A stretch of DNA of 64,000 nt from NCBI GenBank assembly GCA_040219255.1, contig JAVJSW010000039.1, forward strand, positions 96,001 through 160,000, read 5' to 3'. The notes beneath the pieces were generated by a model that did not search any database, was not told the DNA's origin, and saw only the letters and a list, made by a program, of their open reading frames with translations. The first letter of the stretch is position 1. Each line of letters starts with the position of its first letter. Below are positions 47,243 to 57,313 of this stretch, in pieces. Made by a program: the position numbers and the translations under genes. This DNA is from Sumerlaeia bacterium. Lineage in GTDB: Bacteria; Sumerlaeota; Sumerlaeia; SLMS01; JAHLLQ01.

Positions 47243-48186
47243 GATCGCCCCGCCGCGTCGCCGCACACGTTCCTGAGTTTTCCCACCTTCTCGATTTCCA
47301 CAACGACCTCGTCGCCGATTTTCAGGAACCGTTGCGGCGAGCGATAAAGTCCGACGCCGCCGGGGGTGCCGGTGCTGATGATGTCGCCCGGTTCGAGGGT
47401 CATGACGGCGCTGATGTGGGCGATCAGTTCCTGAACCTTGAAAACCAGATTCCCGGTGTTCGAGGACTGCATCGTCTTGCCATTGAGCTTCATGGTGATG
47501 GCGAGGGCGTGGGGGTCGCCGACTTCGTCGGGCGTGACGAGCGCCGGACCGCAGGGCCCGGAGCCATCGAAGCCCTTGGCGCGGCTCCATTGCTTTTCCC
47601 GGGCCTGGAGGCTGCGGGCGCTGACGTCGTTCATGCACATGTAACCGGCGACGTGTTTGAGGGCGCTGCGCTTGGAAACGGCGCGGGCTTCCTTGCCAAT
47701 GACGACGGCCAGCTCGGCCTCGTAATCGATCTGATCGTCGAGACCGAGGGGCAGCGGGATGGTGGCTTCGTGGCCGATCAGGGAGGTGGCGAATTTGTTG
47801 AAGACGATGGGGAATTCGGGCACGGGCTTGTTCTGCTCTTCGCAGTGATCGCGATAGTTGAGGCCGATGCAGAGGACCTTGCCGGGGCGGCGCACCGGCG
47901 GAAGGTAGGTGACGTCTTTGGCCGGAATGAGGAACGGCAGGCCGTCGGCCTCGCTGGCCCCGGCGAGGGTCTTGGGCTTTTCGGCGATCAGTTGGAGGAG
48001 CTTGCGCAGGGCCTTCTCCGACCTGGGCCAATCGGCCAAGTACGCCATCATGTCCGCGAGGCCGTCACGCTCTTTCTTTGACAGCGCGAACGCCTCGGCG
48101 GCGGCGGCCACGCGCAGGATTTTCGTGCGGATTTCGACGCCGAAAAAGACTCCGGTGGCTTCGGTCTGGACGGTGCAGAGGCGCAT
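47239..48186 (-). CDS. Fumarylacetoacetate hydrolase family protein
   Basis: CIGLNY..H, DYEAELAVVIG, NDVSAR and GDIISTGTPGG motifs. Confidence 0.92.
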   Translation of the reverse strand: MRLCTVQTEATGVFFGVEIRTKILRVAAAAEAFALSKKERDGLADMMAYLADWPRSEKALRKLLQLIAEKPKTLAGASEADGLPFLIPAKDVTYLPPVRRPGKVLCIGLNYRDHCEEQNKPVPEFPIVFNKFATSLIGHEATIPLPLGLDDQIDYEAELAVVIGKEARAVSKRSALKHVAGYMCMNDVSARSLQAREKQWSRAKGFDGSGPCGPALVTPDEVGDPHALAITMKLNGKTMQSSNTGNLVFKVQELIAHISAVMTLEPGDIISTGTPGGVGLYRSPQRFLKIGDEVVVEIEKVGKLRNVCGDAAGRS

Positions 48187-48330
48187 GGCGGGGGGAGCTT
48201 TCTGTGCGGGGGCAAAGGTTCGGTTGGCGGAGGCAGCGCCTCGCCTTGCGTCTTTGCCTACGGCTGAGGCAGGGATTGGGGCAAAGGAAGACTGGCGCGA
48301 AAACGCGCCGCCGCCAAAGGACCCCTAACG

Positions 48331-49008
48331 ATGACCGCCGCCTTCTCCCCCGCCGCCCTGATTTCCGTCGAGGTACGGTCGCTCAACGTCGGCGTGCCGC
48401 GCGTACTGATCGATCAGAACGGCCGCGAATACGAGTCCTCCATCGCCCGCCAGCCCGTCGCCGGGCCGGTCGAGCTGACCGCCGAGGGCTTTGCCGGCGA
48501 CGGTTGCAGCTACAAGGGCCACGCCGGTCCGAACATGAAGGTGAACGCCTTTCCCGAGGAGAGTTACCGGATCCTGGAAGCCCGGGCCGGACAGACCCTG
48601 CCGGTGCCCGGTTTCGGCGAGAACCTGTCGCTCGGCGTTGGCTATGGCGACGGTGAAGCCCGCATCGGCGACATGGCGCGCCTGGGCACGGCGGTGCTCC
48701 AGGTCAGCCAGCCGCGCGAGCCCTGTGGCAACGTGACCCGTTTCCTGGGGCTGACGAAAGTTCTGCGGTGGATGGCGGAGGAGTCGGTGAGCGGATTTTA
48801 CTTCCGGGTGCTGGAATCGGGGACGGTGGCGCCCGGCGACCGCCTGGAGGTGATCGAGCGGGGCGCCGACGAGCGTTGGACGATCATGGCGCTGAACCGC
48901 ATGATGGGGGGCCGGGAGGGCGATGAGGCCACAATTGCCGAACTCCTGGATTGCGCCGCGTTGTCGGAAAACTGGAAAAAGTCGTTCAAGAAACAAAGAT
49001 CCCGTTAG
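48331..49008 (+). CDS. MOSC domain protein (YiiM-like)
   Basis: FGENL, IGD, QVSQPREPC and GFYFRVLESG motifs. Confidence 0.88.
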   Translation: MTAAFSPAALISVEVRSLNVGVPRVLIDQNGREYESSIARQPVAGPVELTAEGFAGDGCSYKGHAGPNMKVNAFPEESYRILEARAGQTLPVPGFGENLSLGVGYGDGEARIGDMARLGTAVLQVSQPREPCGNVTRFLGLTKVLRWMAEESVSGFYFRVLESGTVAPGDRLEVIERGADERWTIMALNRMMGGREGDEATIAELLDCAALSENWKKSFKKQRSR

Positions 49009-49028
49009 ATCGAAAGGACTCGATCCCC

Positions 49029-49316
49029 ATGCCCCTGTTCGTCATCATCGGCCGCGACGCGCCCGACAGCAAAGACAAACGCCCCGCCGCCCGTGCGGAT
49101 CATCTGGAATATTGGAAGCCCCTCGACGAAGCCGGGCGCGTCGTCGTGGCGGGCCCGTTGGCGGATTTCGCGGGTTCCCTCTTCGTCTTCCAGGCCGAAA
49201 ACATCGAGGAAGCGGTCGAGATTGCGGACAACGACCCCTACGTCGCCGCCGGCGTCTTCGAATCCAGCGAAGTCCACGGCTTCAAGGGCGTTCTGCCGAA
49301 TTTGGTTTATGGGTAA
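49029..49316 (+). CDS. YciI family protein
   Basis: R...R.DHL, AGP, GSL and NDPY..AGV motifs. Confidence 0.88.
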   Translation: MPLFVIIGRDAPDSKDKRPAARADHLEYWKPLDEAGRVVVAGPLADFAGSLFVFQAENIEEAVEIADNDPYVAAGVFESSEVHGFKGVLPNLVYG

Positions 49317-49328
49317 GGGGTGGTTCTA

Positions 49329-49368
49329 TTACCACAGAGTGACACGGAGGACAGAGGTTTCACAGAGA
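49329..49368. repeat. Partial third copy of the CACAGAG intergenic element
   Basis: ACCACAGAGTGACACGGAGGACAGAGGTTTCACAGAG resembles the reverse complement of 601-640. Confidence 0.6.
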
Positions 49369-49625
49369 TCGAGAAAATAACCGGTCCTCTGTCAGCATGC
49401 GTGACGATCATGTTCACGACGTTGGAATATCCCTTGAATCACATGAGAGACTCTCCAACTTCCAATGAACTCCTGCCGATCCAGGTCGACTCGGCCCAGT
49501 CATCAAGGCCGCCGAGCTATCCATTGGAAAGCGTTCGCAATCCATTGGGAGTTCACACCTTGGCGTTTTGTTTTTGATGAATCAGAAGTAAGGGATCGGC
49601 CAATGGATTTTCTCCGCGCCCCCTC

Positions 49626-50144
49626 CTACTTCGCCCGCACCCTCCGTCCCGGCTGGGGGGTGGGGGCGGCGAGGTCGGAGCCGCTCCCTTCCAGGGGCAG
49701 TTGCAGGTCCGGGTTGTCCATTGGGACGTCGGCCCCGGTGGTGTAAATGCTGAACGCCTCGGATCGCAGGCCCTGGCAGTCGCGGCAGACACCGTGGTAG
49801 AGGATGGTGTGGCCGTCGATCTGGAAGCCCTCGGGCAGAAGGCCCTTGGTAGGGATGGGGCCGGGAGGCGCGTCGAGTTCATAGACGCGGCCGCAATCGC
49901 GGCAGTGAAAGTGGGGATGGGGATCGGTGACGCCCCACTCGTAGCGGGGCGCCTCACCCGGGAGGAAAACCAGGGAGAGCAGACCCGTCTCGTGCATCGA
50001 CTTCAGCGTGCGGTAGACGGTGGCGATGCCGAGCTTCGGCACCGTCTCCTTGGCGAGGCGATGCACCTCGGCGGGGGAAAGTGGGCGTCTGGCATTCTTG
50101 AGGACCTGCCGGATGGCGGTCCTCTGGTTCGTCTTTCGTTCCAT
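49626..50144 (-). CDS. Fur family transcriptional regulator
   Basis: TNQRTAI, LGIATVYRTL, HPHFHCRDC and GVCRDC motifs. Confidence 0.9.
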   Translation of the reverse strand: MERKTNQRTAIRQVLKNARRPLSPAEVHRLAKETVPKLGIATVYRTLKSMHETGLLSLVFLPGEAPRYEWGVTDPHPHFHCRDCGRVYELDAPPGPIPTKGLLPEGFQIDGHTILYHGVCRDCQGLRSEAFSIYTTGADVPMDNPDLQLPLEGSGSDLAAPTPQPGRRVRAK

Positions 50145-50499
50145 CTCGCTAACCCAATACAAGCACAACTCAAGGCGAAGCGCCCCTTCTTCACCGTTGA
50201 GCCAATCTCAGTTACAGCCCACCCTTTGCGGTTGAGCCATTCGAGTCAAAGGAAAACTCGAATTCGTACCGAACCGGTCGCAGGGGCGCCCCCGCAACGC
50301 GACCGCGGCGGGCGGGAAGAACCCACCTAAGTTGCACCGTATCAAAGGCTTACACAGTGGCTTTGTGATGAGCGGGGCATAAAGGGAATGAAAAACCATC
50401 CGTCGTTTTAAATCATGCAATGAAATCGGAACGATCCTCGAGGAATGAAAACTCGATTCCATTCCGTTTTCAATTTTTCGATCAATTTCGTTATCGCCG

Positions 50500-53394
50500 T
50501 CAGCAATTCATGGCCCGCGCCAGGCGGTCGTAGCGGCGGGTCATCCAGCCTCGCTCTCGCATGCGGAGGAAGACGCGGCGGGCGTCGTCCTCGCAGCGCG
50601 CGCGCAGGTATAGTTCGGCGGCGATGCCGGCGCCGTGGCACTGGTCTTCCCAGTCGCTGGGGCGGAGCATGGCGAGCGCGGTTTCGTAGGCCTGTTGGGC
50701 CGGGCCCGGTTCGCCGCGGCCTTCCAGGGCCATGCCAAGGGCCAGATGGCCTTGGCAGTAGGCGTTTTGAAAGACGCCGTTGCCGGGCATTTTCTCCAGG
50801 GCCTGGTTCGCTCCGGCGATGGCTTCGCGGGCAAGAGAAAGGGCCGAGTCGCTCTTGCCGAGCGCCGCCAGGACTTGGGCGTAGTATCCGCAGTTGAGCG
50901 CGTGGCTGCCGCGTTCGCGGGCGTTGGTGGGATCGGCGGCGGAGAGTTGGGAGCTGAGATCGACCGCTTCGCCGCTGTATTTGGCGGCTTCGCTGGGGCG
51001 CTCCATGTTGTAGAGCATGCGCCCGGTGCAGGAGAGCAGGAAGGTGAGCATGTTGCGATGCATGGCGTTGGCGGGATCGCCCTCGGCGAGTTCGCGCCGC
51101 AGGGCCATGGCGCGGGAGTAGGTGACCAGGGCGTCGTCGAATTCGCCAGCGAATTCCTGGATCAGAGCCAGGTTGGAGACGCTCCAGCAGAGGTCGTCGA
51201 GGCTCTGCATGTTGGCCGGTTCTTCTTCGCGCAACTCTTCGCGGAGCAGAACGCTGCGTTCGGTGACGCGGATCGCTTCGGCCAGTTCGTTGCGGTCGCG
51301 ATAGACATTGCCAAAGGTCGCCAGACACCATCCCAGATTGCCCCGGATAGCCCGGTCGGCGGGATGTTTGGCGGCCAGTTCCTCCAGAATCCGCAGGGCC
51401 CGCAGGTGCATTTCGAGGGCCTGATCGGTCTCCTGCTTGCGCCAATGGGCCACGCCCACTTGGTGGCTGGCGTGGGCGAGGCGGTTGCGGATCGCCACGT
51501 CTCCGGGGTTGTTGCGGGAAAGCCGGATCAGCATGCTCAGCGCGGCCTGGTGCTCCTCGAGAGCCGCGCCGGGGTTGCCCTGAAAGTAGAGCACGGTGCC
51601 GATGCGTTCATGGCTTTCCGCCAGATCGGACCGATAGGCTGGATCTTCGGGGTCGAGTTCGACGAGGTTGCGGGCGTAGCCCTGGAATTCGCGAAAGGCT
51701 TGCAGGGCGGCGGTCAGGTCGCCCTTGGCGCGGAACACATCGCCGAGGTTGCGGCAGGCGACGGCGCGGTTCCGCAGCGCGGCGAGCCGGCTCTCGTGAT
51801 CCGTGGCCAGGTCTTCCTCGTCCGGAAAGGCGTCGAAATAGTCGAGCGCTTCGTTGCCGACGCGCGCCAGGAGATCGAGCCGGTTGACCTGCTTGAGGCC
51901 CTCGTGCAGGTCCTGGAGAACGAAAGCGAGGAGGCGTTCGGCGCGTTCGCGGGCTTTGCGGGCGCGGTTGAAGGCCGCCTCCAGGCGTTCGTCGGCGCGG
52001 CGCTGCTCTTCTTCGCGGCGGGCGATTTCCGCCAGCAAATCCTCGCGCGTCGGGCACGGGCTGAGGCGCTCGGCCTGAAGACGGGCGAGCCTCAGATCGC
52101 GGCTTTGGAGCGCGACGCGGCTGTAGCGCGCGAGCAGGTCCTGGCGCAGTTGGCCCGCTTCCGTGTTGCCGGGCCAGAGGGTGCGGGCGCGGCTGAGTTT
52201 TTCCAGGGCCTCGGCCAGTTCGATGTACTCGATGGCGCCCTTGGCCAGGCTCTCCGCCACTTCTCCGATGAGAACTTCCGCTTCCCTGCGGCGCGACGCA
52301 CCGGTGAGGAAACCGCGCAGTTCGTCGACCACTTCCTCGGCGGAGCGGGGGCGATCCAAGGGAGAGAGGGCGAGGCAGCGCATCGCCAGGATGTCGAGTT
52401 CCAAGGGCACCTCCCGGTCTTCGGGAGCGGCCTCGCGGGGGGGCTGGACTTTGCCCTCGGCGGCCAGGAAGAACGCCGCTTTGGGCGAGTCGGCCTCGTG
52501 CGGCCGGCGACCCGTCAGGAGTTCGTACAGCACGGCGCCGAGCAGATAGACGTCGGTCCAGGGCCCGATGTTCGAGACCGTGTCCTCGGTTTGCTCCGGC
52601 GCCATATAGGCCACGGTTCCGGCCGGGTTGGCGGCGGATTCGCTCATGGCGCCCAACATGGGCACGATCAGGCTATCGCTCTCGCGGCGGTTGCGTTCCG
52701 GGTCGTAGACCAGCGCGATACCCCAGTCCATCAGGAGCACCTCGCCGAATTCGCCGACCATGACCTGACTCGGCTTGAGGTCGCGATGGACGATGCCGCG
52801 GCTGTGGGCGAAGGCCACCGCCTGGCCGACGTCGATCAGGATGGTCAGATGCTTGGCGAGGAATTCCTCGACGCCGAGGGTGGGCCAGTCCTGGCGCAGA
52901 AGCTGATACCAGGGTTTGCCACCGACGCGCTTCATGGCGATCAGCAGATTGCCCTCTTCGTCGAGCCCTAAGTCATGCACCGGCAGGACGTTGGGATGCT
53001 CCAGGCTGGCGGCGAGAAAGGCTTCGTGGCGGAAGTCGTGCTCGAGCTGGCGCAGGCGGCGCGGATTGTCGCTGCAACTTTCCCGCAGATCCCATCGCAG
53101 GCGCTTGACCGCGATGGTGCGGCCCAGGCTTTCCTGCCGCGCTTCCCAGACTTCGCCGACACCGCCCTGGGCGATCAGGTTGAGCAGCGTGTAGTCCGGG
53201 TTCATTTCCGGCCGGTATTCCGGATCGGCGGTTCGCGCGTCTTCCTGGCGAACCGGTGCTGTGTTGACGACGCGGCGGCGTGTCGCCTCAAAGGAATCGT
53301 AATCGCTGGGCAGGGCGGAGAGCGAATCGAGGCTGGCGACTTGAGTGGTGAACGTCTCGTAGAGGGTCGAGGGGAGGTTGAGAGGAAGCTTCAC
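50500..53394 (-). CDS. Ser/Thr protein kinase with C-terminal TPR repeats
   Basis: QGGVG, IAVK, HRDLKPSQ, DWG and YMAPEQ; multiple TPR-like helical repeats. Confidence 0.9.
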   Translation of the reverse strand: MKLPLNLPSTLYETFTTQVASLDSLSALPSDYDSFEATRRRVVNTAPVRQEDARTADPEYRPEMNPDYTLLNLIAQGGVGEVWEARQESLGRTIAVKRLRWDLRESCSDNPRRLRQLEHDFRHEAFLAASLEHPNVLPVHDLGLDEEGNLLIAMKRVGGKPWYQLLRQDWPTLGVEEFLAKHLTILIDVGQAVAFAHSRGIVHRDLKPSQVMVGEFGEVLLMDWGIALVYDPERNRRESDSLIVPMLGAMSESAANPAGTVAYMAPEQTEDTVSNIGPWTDVYLLGAVLYELLTGRRPHEADSPKAAFFLAAEGKVQPPREAAPEDREVPLELDILAMRCLALSPLDRPRSAEEVVDELRGFLTGASRRREAEVLIGEVAESLAKGAIEYIELAEALEKLSRARTLWPGNTEAGQLRQDLLARYSRVALQSRDLRLARLQAERLSPCPTREDLLAEIARREEEQRRADERLEAAFNRARKARERAERLLAFVLQDLHEGLKQVNRLDLLARVGNEALDYFDAFPDEEDLATDHESRLAALRNRAVACRNLGDVFRAKGDLTAALQAFREFQGYARNLVELDPEDPAYRSDLAESHERIGTVLYFQGNPGAALEEHQAALSMLIRLSRNNPGDVAIRNRLAHASHQVGVAHWRKQETDQALEMHLRALRILEELAAKHPADRAIRGNLGWCLATFGNVYRDRNELAEAIRVTERSVLLREELREEEPANMQSLDDLCWSVSNLALIQEFAGEFDDALVTYSRAMALRRELAEGDPANAMHRNMLTFLLSCTGRMLYNMERPSEAAKYSGEAVDLSSQLSAADPTNARERGSHALNCGYYAQVLAALGKSDSALSLAREAIAGANQALEKMPGNGVFQNAYCQGHLALGMALEGRGEPGPAQQAYETALAMLRPSDWEDQCHGAGIAAELYLRARCEDDARRVFLRMRERGWMTRRYDRLARAMNC

Positions 53395-53618
53395 CGGAAT
53401 AGGACGGAACCCTTCGGATCGTTTGGGAGGCTAGGAAGAATGACCCACCCTTGGAAAAGCTTATGACAATGGAGCGTGAGGGTCAAGAGAGTCGCGCCAC
53501 CGAAAAATCGGGCCGGTGTCGTTTCAATGGGCTCTTCTTCACTGGAAAATCGAGAGATGCCAAAAACCCAGGAGCATCGCCGGCGGAGCCCGCGTCCCCT
53601 AAACGGCCATGCAGGCGA

Positions 53619-55151
53619 TCAGTCTTCGATGCGCCGGCCGCGATAGTAGCGGACCTTTTTCTTCTTCTTGCCGCCGCCGGACTTCTTTGGGCCGAGGCCG
53701 GCGGTGCCGCTCGCGCTGTCGTCGAGGGGCGATGCGGGGCCGGTATAGGACGAGGAGTCGTCGGGCCCGCGGGGTACGGCGCTGAGCTTGCCGAACAGGG
53801 ACGAACCGGGGCGCGAAGATTCGGAGGGATCGTCGGGCGGCGGGGGCGTCTTTTTTTTGTCGGCGGGAGCGGGTTCCGTGGGGATCGCCTTGAAGAGGCC
53901 GGAGATCTTCTTGAAGATGTTGGATTGGCGCGTGTTGGTCTGTTCGGCGATGGTTTTCTCCGCCTCTTCTTCGCGCTGTCCTTCCAGGAGTTTGGCCTGC
54001 AATTGATAGGTCGAGGAGCCCTTTTGACTGGCCACCACCGAGGAGCCGCTGGCTTCGTCGTCGGTCGAGCCGCCCTGGAAACCGGCGGGAATGGGCCGGC
54101 GGTTGAACCCGCTGGTGTTCTGGAAGAGGGTCAGTTCCTCGACCAGTTCGCGGGGATTCTGATACCGTTCGTCGCGGTCCTTCTTCATGCACTTGGTCAG
54201 GATTTCCACGAGCCGGTCGGGCATTTCCGGGCAGAAGTCGCGTGGACTGGGGGCTTCCTCGTAGATGACTTTGGCCATGACTTCGAAGGGCGATCCGCCG
54301 GCGAAGGGTGAATGGCCCGTCAAAGCCTTGTAGAAAGTCACGCCGAGAGCGTAAATGTCCGCCCGGATGTCCACGTCTTCGTTGCCGCGCACTTGCTCGG
54401 GCGGCATGTAGGCTGGGGTGCCCATGGCCTGGCCAACCATGGTGAGGTTTTCGGACTTTTTGGCTCCGGATTGCACGGCGCGGGCCAGACCCAGGTCGGC
54501 GATTCGAGCCGAGCCGGTCTTGGTCAGCAGGATGTTGGAGGGCTTGATGTCGCGATGCACCAGGCCAGCCTCGTGAATGTCGACCAGGCCCTGGGCGCAA
54601 TCGAGGAAGAGCCGGGTGGCGAGGTCGGCGGCGATGCGGCCGCCATTGTTCTTCATGAGGGCGGCGAGTTCGCCGCCGCTGACGAACTTCATGGCGATAT
54701 AGAGGAATCCGCCCTCGTTGCCGGCGTCGTAAACGGTAACGACGTAAGGGCTGTCGACGGAGGCGGCGATGCGGGCTTCGCGGATGAATCGTTTGACGAA
54801 GGAGTCGTCGCTGGCGAGGTCTTCGCGCATGATCTTGAGGGCCACTTTGCGGCCCAGCATGACGTGTTGCGCTTTGTAGACGACGCCCATGGCGCCCTTG
54901 CCGACGCGCTCGAGGAGTTCGTACTGACCGATTTTTTGCACGTCGTGAGCGATGTTGTGGCGCTGGCGATGAATCTCCACCGGGTCCTCGGCGGGTCCCA
55001 TGGGAGTCGACGAGATCGACCTGGTGGGCATGTCGTCGTGCGACTCCGGAGCGCCATGGTCTGGCACCATGGTGGGCCGCTCCCACTCCATGGTTTCCGC
55101 CTGGTCGAGATCGATGGCTTTGTTTTTCGTCTCGTTCTTTGGGTCGCTCAT
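53619..55151 (-). CDS. Cytoplasmic Ser/Thr protein kinase with disordered basic C-terminal tail
   Basis: GKGAMG, VALK, HRDIKPSN, DLG, GTPAYMPPEQ and DIYALG motifs. Confidence 0.92.
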   Translation of the reverse strand: MSDPKNETKNKAIDLDQAETMEWERPTMVPDHGAPESHDDMPTRSISSTPMGPAEDPVEIHRQRHNIAHDVQKIGQYELLERVGKGAMGVVYKAQHVMLGRKVALKIMREDLASDDSFVKRFIREARIAASVDSPYVVTVYDAGNEGGFLYIAMKFVSGGELAALMKNNGGRIAADLATRLFLDCAQGLVDIHEAGLVHRDIKPSNILLTKTGSARIADLGLARAVQSGAKKSENLTMVGQAMGTPAYMPPEQVRGNEDVDIRADIYALGVTFYKALTGHSPFAGGSPFEVMAKVIYEEAPSPRDFCPEMPDRLVEILTKCMKKDRDERYQNPRELVEELTLFQNTSGFNRRPIPAGFQGGSTDDEASGSSVVASQKGSSTYQLQAKLLEGQREEEAEKTIAEQTNTRQSNIFKKISGLFKAIPTEPAPADKKKTPPPPDDPSESSRPGSSLFGKLSAVPRGPDDSSSYTGPASPLDDSASGTAGLGPKKSGGGKKKKKVRYYRGRRIED

Positions 55152-55278
55152 CCGCCCCCCCACCGATTGATCCGATGCGTACTTCGGTCGGTCCTTATGG
55201 TCGGGACGCGGGGGGCTCGTAAAGGACCTTTTTTCCAGGCGAGTTTTTTTGGAGCGGCCATTTTATGAAAAGCCTTAT

Positions 55279-56736
55279 TTAGACAAGGGTTGGAAGTTCC
55301 TCCTCCTCGTCTTCGTCATCGTTCATGCCAAAGAATCCCGGGTCCGGGTAGGCGGCGATGCCATGCTCGGAAACGTCCATGCCTTCTTCCTCCTCCTCCG
55401 CGGGAATGCGCAGCCCCATGGTGCCCTTCAAGGTGGCGAACAGCAGCAGCCCGGTGATGGCGCAGAACAGGAACACGGCGGTGGCGCCGAGCGCCTGAAT
55501 GCCCAGGAGGGTGAAACCGCCGCCGAAGAAAAGCCCATCCATAATATCCGGATTCACCGAGCTTTGGGCGAACAACCCCACCATCAGGGTGCCATAGACG
55601 CCGCAGATGGCGTGGACGCTGATGGCCCCGACGGGGTCGTCGACGCCGAAATTGTCGATGCCGATGATGGAGAACACGATCAGGGGGCCGGCGAGGGCTC
55701 CGATCGCGAGGGCGGCGGCGGGCTGCACATAGCCGCAGCCCGCCGTGATCGCCACCAGGCCGGCCAGAATGCCATTCAGCGTGAGGCTGATGTCGAATTC
55801 CTTGAACAGAATTCGCGCCGTGAAAAGGGTCGTGACGGCGGAGGCGGCGGAGGCCAGAATAGTGTTGAGGCAAATGAGCGCGATGAGCGGCTGGGCCGCC
55901 ATGGTGGACCCGGCGTTGAACCCGAACCAGCCAACCCAAAGCAGGAAAACGCCCAGCGTCGCCATGGGCAGCGAATGCCCGGGAATGGCCTTGGGCTGGC
56001 CCTGGGCGTCGTACTTGCCCGCCCGGGGCCCGACGATGTAGGCGCCCATGAGCGCCAGCCAGCCGCCAACGCCATGCACCACGGTGGAGCCGGCGAAGTC
56101 GCGGAAGCCGCGCTCGTAGAGCCAGCCTCCGCCCCAAATCCAGTGGCCCGCCACCGGATAAATCACACCGGTAATGACCGCGGAGTAGATCAGGTAACTG
56201 CTGAATTTGGTGCGTTCCGCCATGGCGCCGGAAACGATGGTGGCGGCGGTGGCGGCAAAGGCGAGGTGGAAGACGAACTTGGCCTCGAGGGGAACGCCCG
56301 CCCACGAGAGCGAGGTGAAGACGCCCTCGTACAGATCGCCCACCAGGGGCGAATTGTCCGCCCCCAAGAGAAAGAAACCGTGCTGGCCGAAGAACGGGTT
56401 CCCATCTCCAAACATCAGTGCGAAGCCGAGCGTGAAAAAGGCCAGCGCCCCCACCGAGAGGTCCATCAGGTTCTTCATCAGAATGCTGACGGCGTTCTTG
56501 GCCCGCACGAGTCCCGCTTCGAGATAGGCGAAACCGGCCTGCATCAGGTAAACGAGCACCGCCGCCATGATGACCCAAACGGTGTCGAGGAGGAACTTGG
56601 GGGCGATTCGCTCGTCGAGGGCGTAGCGCTCTGAGGGCAAGAGCACATCGACGGGAGCCCCGCCTTCCCCCTGGGCGTAAGTCAAGGCGGCGGACGCCAG
56701 GAGCAGCAGCAAGAGGAGGCAAGGGCAACGCTTCAT
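55279..56736 (-). CDS. amtB: Ammonium transporter (Amt family)
   Basis: MQAGF, SGAMAER, DFAGSTVVH, GWFGFN and DDPVGAISVH motifs. Confidence 0.95.
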   Translation of the reverse strand: MKRCPCLLLLLLLASAALTYAQGEGGAPVDVLLPSERYALDERIAPKFLLDTVWVIMAAVLVYLMQAGFAYLEAGLVRAKNAVSILMKNLMDLSVGALAFFTLGFALMFGDGNPFFGQHGFFLLGADNSPLVGDLYEGVFTSLSWAGVPLEAKFVFHLAFAATAATIVSGAMAERTKFSSYLIYSAVITGVIYPVAGHWIWGGGWLYERGFRDFAGSTVVHGVGGWLALMGAYIVGPRAGKYDAQGQPKAIPGHSLPMATLGVFLLWVGWFGFNAGSTMAAQPLIALICLNTILASAASAVTTLFTARILFKEFDISLTLNGILAGLVAITAGCGYVQPAAALAIGALAGPLIVFSIIGIDNFGVDDPVGAISVHAICGVYGTLMVGLFAQSSVNPDIMDGLFFGGGFTLLGIQALGATAVFLFCAITGLLLFATLKGTMGLRIPAEEEEEGMDVSEHGIAAYPDPGFFGMNDDEDEEEELPTLV

Positions 56737-56957
56737 GGCAATCCAAGGGTCAAGGGAATGGGGGCGAGGAACACCGGGCCGCAGGCTGGAAAACAGACGG
56801 AGCCAGTCGGGACCTCGGGCGGAGATCAGGCCAGCGAAAGGCTAATAGGCGGGACTTCGCCCCGGCGTCAAGACTTGCGCGATTCGCCTCCGCCTCGCCC
56901 CGCGATCCTTCAACCACGGAGGCTGGAGGTTCACGAAGGGAATTTTATTTTATTTTA

Positions 56958-57128
56958 TTTTGCCACAGATGAAGGCCGATGGCGCTGATGATGGCGCACC
57001 GGCGAGAAACATTCTGAATTCTGATGAAGATGGCTGACTTGAACGAAAGTCGCTCAAGCATATCTCAGCAGGTCGGTCTGCGTCCTCGAGACATATCATC
57101 TGTGCCGATCCGCGTGATCTGTGGCGAA
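56958..57128. repeat. Intergenic element with inverted ends GCCACAGAT...ATCTGTGGC
   Basis: Terminal inverted repeat plus internal GAT/ATC sub-repeats; single copy in this window. Confidence 0.5.
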
Positions 57129-57239
57129 TCATTCTTCGCTCCTCGCTGCCTCTGAGTCGAGTTTTCTTGGAGGATCGACGGCCACGCCCCGCGCTCTTTC
57201 GAGGCGATGCCATCGTGTCGGCCGCCCCCGAATAAAGAA

Positions 57240-57269
57240 CCCCCACCGAGTCCGAAAACCCGGCGGGGG
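57240..57269 (-). terminator. Probable terminator after the GH13 gene
   Basis: Minus-strand hairpin CCCCGCCGGGT-TTTCGG-ACTCGGTGGGG followed by GTTCTTTATT. Confidence 0.55.
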
Positions 57270-57313
57270 CCATCCCTCCTGAAGCGACGAGGCCTTAGAG
57301 AGGCTCTTGGGAA

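Noticed and set aside
49320-49577. 85-aa ORF downstream of yciI
   Set aside because: It begins inside a repeat end, has atypical codons and shows no recognisable motif; probably non-coding.
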